Shown here: piece after piece, positions 59,468 through 64,000 of the stretch
Numbering within the stretch: the stretch's first letter is position 1
Layout: every line of letters begins with the position of its first letter
Source: Candidatus Binatia bacterium
GTDB lineage: Bacteria; Desulfobacterota; Binatia; UBA9968; JAJDTQ01
Length of the DNA: 64,000 nucleotides
Direction of reading: 5' to 3'
NCBI GenBank assembly: GCA_963666515.2
Contig: OY762897.2
Coordinates: 2,752,001-2,816,000, forward strand
Program-made: the position numbers and the translations under genes
The notes under the pieces: model-generated
What the model saw: only the letters and a program-made list of their open reading frames with translations
What the model was told of the DNA's origin: nothing
Databases searched by the model: none

Positions 59468-59935
59468 ATGGCCGAAGCCATCGCCTTCGACACTCATCGC
59501 TTCGTCAAGCGCCTGACCGAGAGCGGCTTCACCGAGAAGCAGGCCGAGACCCTCGCCGAAGAGCACGTCGCCCTGCTCAACGCCAACCTCGCCACCAAGG
59601 CCGATATCGCCGCTATCACGGCCGATATCGCCAGGGTCGAGGCCGGCGTGGAGGCCCTGCGGCAGGAGACCAAGGCAGACATCGCCAGGGTCGAGGCCGG
59701 CGTGGAGGCCCTGCGGCAGGAGACCAAGGCAGACATCGCCAGGGTCGAGGCCGGCGTGGAGGCCCTGCGGCAGGAAACCAAGGCAGACATCGCCAGGGTC
59801 GAGGCCGGTATGGAAGCCCTACGGCACGAAACCGGCGCAGCCATCGAGGCGGTGAAGGCCGACCTTCTGAAGTGGATGTTCGGCGCGCTGATCGCCCAAG
59901 GCGGCCTGATCGTCGCCCTCGTCAAGCTTCTCTAG
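59468..59935 (+). CDS. DUF1640/CCDC90-like coiled-coil protein with 54-bp tandem repeats
   Basis: FDTHRFVKRLTESGFTEKQAE, LATKADI, about 4 x ADIARVEAGVEALRQETK, C-terminal TM LLKWMFGALIAQGGLIVALVKLL. Confidence 0.82.
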   Translation: MAEAIAFDTHRFVKRLTESGFTEKQAETLAEEHVALLNANLATKADIAAITADIARVEAGVEALRQETKADIARVEAGVEALRQETKADIARVEAGVEALRQETKADIARVEAGMEALRHETGAAIEAVKADLLKWMFGALIAQGGLIVALVKLL

Positions 59936-59991
59936 CCGCGCACTTCTACCAAGTTTGGCAGGTGCTCGGAACGAACGGCTGGGGAGATTCG

Positions 59992-62900
59992 CTACAATGC
60001 GAAGCGGGCGTTCAGCACGACCTCGTATTCCGGCTCGCCCTCGTGCGGCAGGGTCTGCTCGCCCGACAGGCTCAGTTCGAACCCGTTGTCCGTGTCCAGA
60101 ACCCCGCCCACGCGCACCCGGTGCGACCCGCCGTCCTCCATCCCGAACCCGGCCTGGAGCGTGAACACCCCGCGCCCCTCCAGCAGCGCAGGCAGCCCGT
60201 AGCCCAACTCCGTGTCCAGCCGAGCCCCCCGTCCCGCCTCCGGCCGGGCGCCCTGATCCCACAGGCTCTCCACACCGCTCTCCGGCTCACCCCACGACGG
60301 CGCTACTCGCAATGACAGCCCCAACCGGTCCGACCCAGGATCCAGGACCACAGACCCGCTCGCTCCCCACACCTCGTACCCCTTCACCTCGTGCGCAACC
60401 ATGCCGCGGCCCCGGGCCTCCACCGTCAGCCCACGCGCCACGTCCTCGTAGCGAACCCGAGCGTTCACCTCCAACCCGAAACCCCTCTCCGCGTCCCCAG
60501 CGTCGTGGCGAACTCCCGCCTCCACCGACGGCGTCAGCACTCCTCCACTACCCACGTTGAAACCCCGGCTCCCCTCCAGCAGCAGCCGAAGGTGACGCGT
60601 CTCCGTCCGGGTCTCCTGCAACCGCCCTGCTACCGCGTCCGAGTTCATCCACACGAACATCCCGTCCGCGCGCAACGCCAGCTCCACGCCCCCAGGCGCA
60701 GGCGCCAGCGTCTGCCGCGCGCCCACTCCCGCCATGTTCATCCCCATGTCCGTCCGAACCGTCTCCTCCCCCTCGCCCGGGGCCACCGCGTACTCCCCTT
60801 GGCCGTGACCCACCAGACCCCACACCGACAGCCCCTCCTTCTGCCAGCGCAGGTACGGGTGCGCGCTCGTCAGCGTGCTCCAGGTCTTGCCGCTCTTGCC
60901 GCTCTTGGCATCGTCATACGTGCCCCGACCGTCGTTGTACGCCAGCGCCATCCCCGCAGTCCAAGGACCCCATTCCGCGTCCACACCCAGCGTCATCCCC
61001 ACCACCTCGCCGTCCAGAGACACCGAGCGCTCCCGTCCGTCGAAGCGCGTCGCCGCCCCGCTCCCCCAACTCGTCCACTGCATGCCAGAACCCGAGCCTT
61101 CCTCCGACCCGCCCAGCCGCCAGCGAAACGCGCTGCTCGCCAGCAACTCCCGCGCCGTCATATCCTTCGCTCCAGGGCCGAACCCGGCTGCACCGGACCC
61201 GAACGCTCCGTCCCCCAGAGGCCCCGGCCAGCCCGCTCCCTTCCCTTCCGAAGCGCTCCTTGCCAGGCCCTCCCATTCCCCGGCCTCCGACAGCCCGAAC
61301 GACCCCATCGGCCGCCGGCCCTCGCCATCCTCAGGCTTCTCCGCCGTCACTCCCCCCACCGTCAGGTGTGAGCCCGTCGAGTCCCCGTGCAGCCGCGCGT
61401 CAATCGCCCCCATCACGTGTTCCCCTACCGTCCGTCCGAACCGCGCCAGCCACGCCGTCGGCAACGGATCGTCGTTCGTGATCGTCCCCGTCCCCGCAGG
61501 GTCCGTCAGCTTCCCGTTCACACCGTCGCTCAGCCGCAACTCCATCGTCTCCGAACCCTCGTCGAACTCGTCGTCCAACGTCGCAACCTCGACCGTCTTC
61601 TCCGTCTCCCCAGCCGCAAACGTGAACGTGCCCGAAACCGCAGTGTAGTCCTGTCCTGCATGGGCCGTGCCGTCATGCGTCGCGTACCGAAGGATCACGA
61701 TGTTGTCCGGCACCGCCTGCGCTAGGCTCACCGTGAACACCAGCGGCGAGCCCTCCTCAACGCTCACGTCCGTCACCCGCACCTCGACCCCCTCCCCTTT
61801 TCGGTCGTCGTCCTCAACCGTCCCCGTCGCCTCCGAACCGCTCACCCCCGCAGGCGCCTCCGTCACGCTCACCCTCAACGTGAACGTCTCGTCCCCTTCC
61901 ACCAACCCGTCCTCCACGCTCGACACCGCTATCTCCTGGCTCTCTCCCGCCGTCCCCGCAAACGTCAGCGCCGTCACGTTCTCCGTGTAATCCGTCCCTT
62001 CCAACGCCGTCCCGTCCGCGTAGCTCGGCGTCACCGTCAGACCCCCCACCACCGCGTTCTCCAGCGTCACCGTGAAAACCAACTCCTCCCCTTCCTCCGC
62101 ACGCGCCTCCGAAACCCTCACCACCGTCTCCGTCCCGTCCTCGATCGTCCCCGTCCCCGCCGCCCCCGTCTGTAACCCCCCCGGCCCCTCCGTCAGGTCC
62201 ATGCTCACCGTGAACTCCTCGTTGTACTCCACCACCGCGTCCTCAAGGCTCATCACCTCGAACGTACGGCTCTCTCCCGCCACGCCCGAAAACTCCAGCG
62301 CCGGACGGTTCTCCGTGTAGTCCAACCCTTCCTCCGCACTCCCGTCCGTAAACACCGGCCGCACCGTGAAGCCCGACTGTACCGCATTGTCCAGCGTCAC
62401 CGTGAAAACCAGCGCTTCTCCCTCCTTCGCGCTCGCGTCCGAAATCGTCAGAACCGCCTCGTCGTCGTCCTCGATCACTCCTGCCCCGCTCACAACCTGC
62501 ACCCCCGCAGGAACCTCCGTCGTGTCCAGACCCACCGTGAAGTCCTCGTCGTACTCCACAACACCGTCCTCCAGGCTCATCACCTCGAACCGGTGCGCCT
62601 CTCCCGCCGTCCCCGCAAACTCCAACGCCGGACGGTTCTCCCGGTAGTCCGACCCTTCCTCCGCACTCCCGTCCGTGAACACCGGCCGCACCGTGAAGCC
62701 CGACTGGACCTCGTTGTCCAGCGTCACCGTGAATACCAGCCCTTCTCCCTCCTCCCCACGCGCATCCGATACCGTCAGAACCGCCTCGTCGTCGTCCTCG
62801 ATCACTCCTACCCCCGCTCCTACACGCAAACCCGCAGGAGCACCCGATACCGAAAGCCCCACGTTGAACCACTCCTCGGGCTCCACAACACCGTCCTCAA

Positions 62901-64000
62901 GGCTCGGAACCGTCACCGACCGGCTCTCTCCGGACGTCCCCGAAAACTCCAGCGTCGGTCGGTTCCCCTGGTAGTCCGACCCCTCAACCGCAGTCCCGTC
63001 CATGAAAACCGGCCGCGCCTTGAATCCTCCCGATACCGTGTTGCTCAACGTCATCGTGAACGTCAGTGAATCCCCCTCCTCCGCACGAGCGTTGCTTATC
63101 TTCAACCTCGCCACGTCGTTGTCCACGATCAATCCCAAAGCCGAATCCGGCACCCCGCTCACACGTGTGTCCGATACCTCGAAGCTCACCGTCACCGTCT
63201 CCTCGTGCTCCACCACACGGTCGTCGATGGTCGTGACCGTGAACGTCTGCTGCTCCCCAGCCGTGCCCGCGAACACCAGCAGCGACGGACTCAACTCCGT
63301 CTTGTAGTCCTGCCCCGACGTCGCCGTCCCCCCGGTGATCACCGGCGTCACCTCGAACCCGTTCTTCACCCCGTTGTTCAGCGTCACCGTGAACGTCAGC
63401 GCCTCCCCCTCCACCGCCTCGGCGTCCGCAAAGGTCGCCGCCGCCGAAATGTCGAAATCGTCGTCCTCCAGCGTCACGCTGGTCCCGTTGACCGTCAGGC
63501 CGGTGGACGTGCCCGCTACCGTGATCGCCTCGTCACCCTCGATCTCCGTGTCGTTCGTCGGGGTCAGCGTGAACGTCCCCGTCCCGCTCGTCTCCCCCGC
63601 GGTGATGGTGATGGTGATGTCGCTCACCGCCGTGTAGTCCGTGCCCGAATCAGCGCTGTCGCCGCTCTCGCCCACGCTCACCGTCACCGTCCGATCCGTC
63701 TTGAACGTGTCCCCGTCGGTCTCGGCCGTCACCGTCACCGCCGTCGCCCCGGCGTTCTCATCCACGCTCGCCGGATTCGCAGTCAGCGTCAGGTCGGTGC
63801 TGTCGTCGTCGGTGATCGTCCCGGTGCCGGAAACCCCCGTCACCCCGCTCACCCCGGTGGACAGCCCGGAAATGGCCGGCGCCACCGTGAAGGTCTCGGC
63901 GCCCTCCACCACCGCGTCTTCCGTGGTCGAGACCGTGAACGTCTTCTTCTCCCCCGCCGTGCCCGTGAAGGTCAGCGCGGCCGTGTTCTCGTCGTAGTCC
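59992..64000 (-). CDS. Second giant Calx-beta/autotransporter adhesin paralog, C-terminal part (5' end beyond window)
   Basis: Open frame to the window edge; near-identical to 46814-50830. Confidence 0.88.
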   Translation of the reverse strand, partial: DYDENTAALTFTGTAGEKKTFTVSTTEDAVVEGAETFTVAPAISGLSTGVSGVTGVSGTGTITDDDSTDLTLTANPASVDENAGATAVTVTAETDGDTFKTDRTVTVSVGESGDSADSGTDYTAVSDITITITAGETSGTGTFTLTPTNDTEIEGDEAITVAGTSTGLTVNGTSVTLEDDDFDISAAATFADAEAVEGEALTFTVTLNNGVKNGFEVTPVITGGTATSGQDYKTELSPSLLVFAGTAGEQQTFTVTTIDDRVVEHEETVTVSFEVSDTRVSGVPDSALGLIVDNDVARLKISNARAEEGDSLTFTMTLSNTVSGGFKARPVFMDGTAVEGSDYQGNRPTLEFSGTSGESRSVTVPSLEDGVVEPEEWFNVGLSVSGAPAGLRVGAGVGVIEDDDEAVLTVSDARGEEGEGLVFTVTLDNEVQSGFTVRPVFTDGSAEEGSDYRENRPALEFAGTAGEAHRFEVMSLEDGVVEYDEDFTVGLDTTEVPAGVQVVSGAGVIEDDDEAVLTISDASAKEGEALVFTVTLDNAVQSGFTVRPVFTDGSAEEGLDYTENRPALEFSGVAGESRTFEVMSLEDAVVEYNEEFTVSMDLTEGPGGLQTGAAGTGTIEDGTETVVRVSEARAEEGEELVFTVTLENAVVGGLTVTPSYADGTALEGTDYTENVTALTFAGTAGESQEIAVSSVEDGLVEGDETFTLRVSVTEAPAGVSGSEATGTVEDDDRKGEGVEVRVTDVSVEEGSPLVFTVSLAQAVPDNIVILRYATHDGTAHAGQDYTAVSGTFTFAAGETEKTVEVATLDDEFDEGSETMELRLSDGVNGKLTDPAGTGTITNDDPLPTAWLARFGRTVGEHVMGAIDARLHGDSTGSHLTVGGVTAEKPEDGEGRRPMGSFGLSEAGEWEGLARSASEGKGAGWPGPLGDGAFGSGAAGFGPGAKDMTARELLASSAFRWRLGGSEEGSGSGMQWTSWGSGAATRFDGRERSVSLDGEVVGMTLGVDAEWGPWTAGMALAYNDGRGTYDDAKSGKSGKTWSTLTSAHPYLRWQKEGLSVWGLVGHGQGEYAVAPGEGEETVRTDMGMNMAGVGARQTLAPAPGGVELALRADGMFVWMNSDAVAGRLQETRTETRHLRLLLEGSRGFNVGSGGVLTPSVEAGVRHDAGDAERGFGLEVNARVRYEDVARGLTVEARGRGMVAHEVKGYEVWGASGSVVLDPGSDRLGLSLRVAPSWGEPESGVESLWDQGARPEAGRGARLDTELGYGLPALLEGRGVFTLQAGFGMEDGGSHRVRVGGVLDTDNGFELSLSGEQTLPHEGEPEYEVVLNARFAL

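Noticed and set aside
59615-59835. Regular repeats resembling a CRISPR array
   Set aside because: Contiguous 54-bp in-frame coding repeats without unique spacers; no cas genes

Overview
A GC-rich bacterial window. The host backbone carries hflK-hflC, a cupin, a hydantoinase/oxoprolinase cluster, pckG, amtB-glnK, ppk1, speA, an Fe3+ permease, glnA, a Kef-type antiporter, ppgK and a CHAD protein. The gene content suggests a deltaproteobacterial/Binatia-like, possibly host-associated organism (inference only). Three accessory regions interrupt the backbone. (1) 2.5-6.8 kb: a restriction-modification island with a fused double amino-methyltransferase and a convergent PLD-family nuclease. (2) 29.3-42.2 kb, between glnA and the antiporter: IS debris, an unusual operon of a divergent sigma-70/ECF-like factor, four small signal-peptide proteins (two are paralogous 101-aa Cys-rich precursors with twin CxxCxxxC cores) and a TPR protein, a nested IS3/group II intron structure, and a YHYH micro-protein with a response regulator/histidine kinase pair. 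(3) 46.8-64 kb: two tandem giant Calx-beta/autotransporter adhesin genes; the complete one has a sigma-54 promoter, an IHF site and palindromic enhancer-like sites. The best candidate for an undescribed system is the sigma factor/secreted Cys-rich peptide/TPR operon at 31.5-34.3 kb, possibly linked to the two-component pair. All calls come from motif recognition by eye; no database searches were run.
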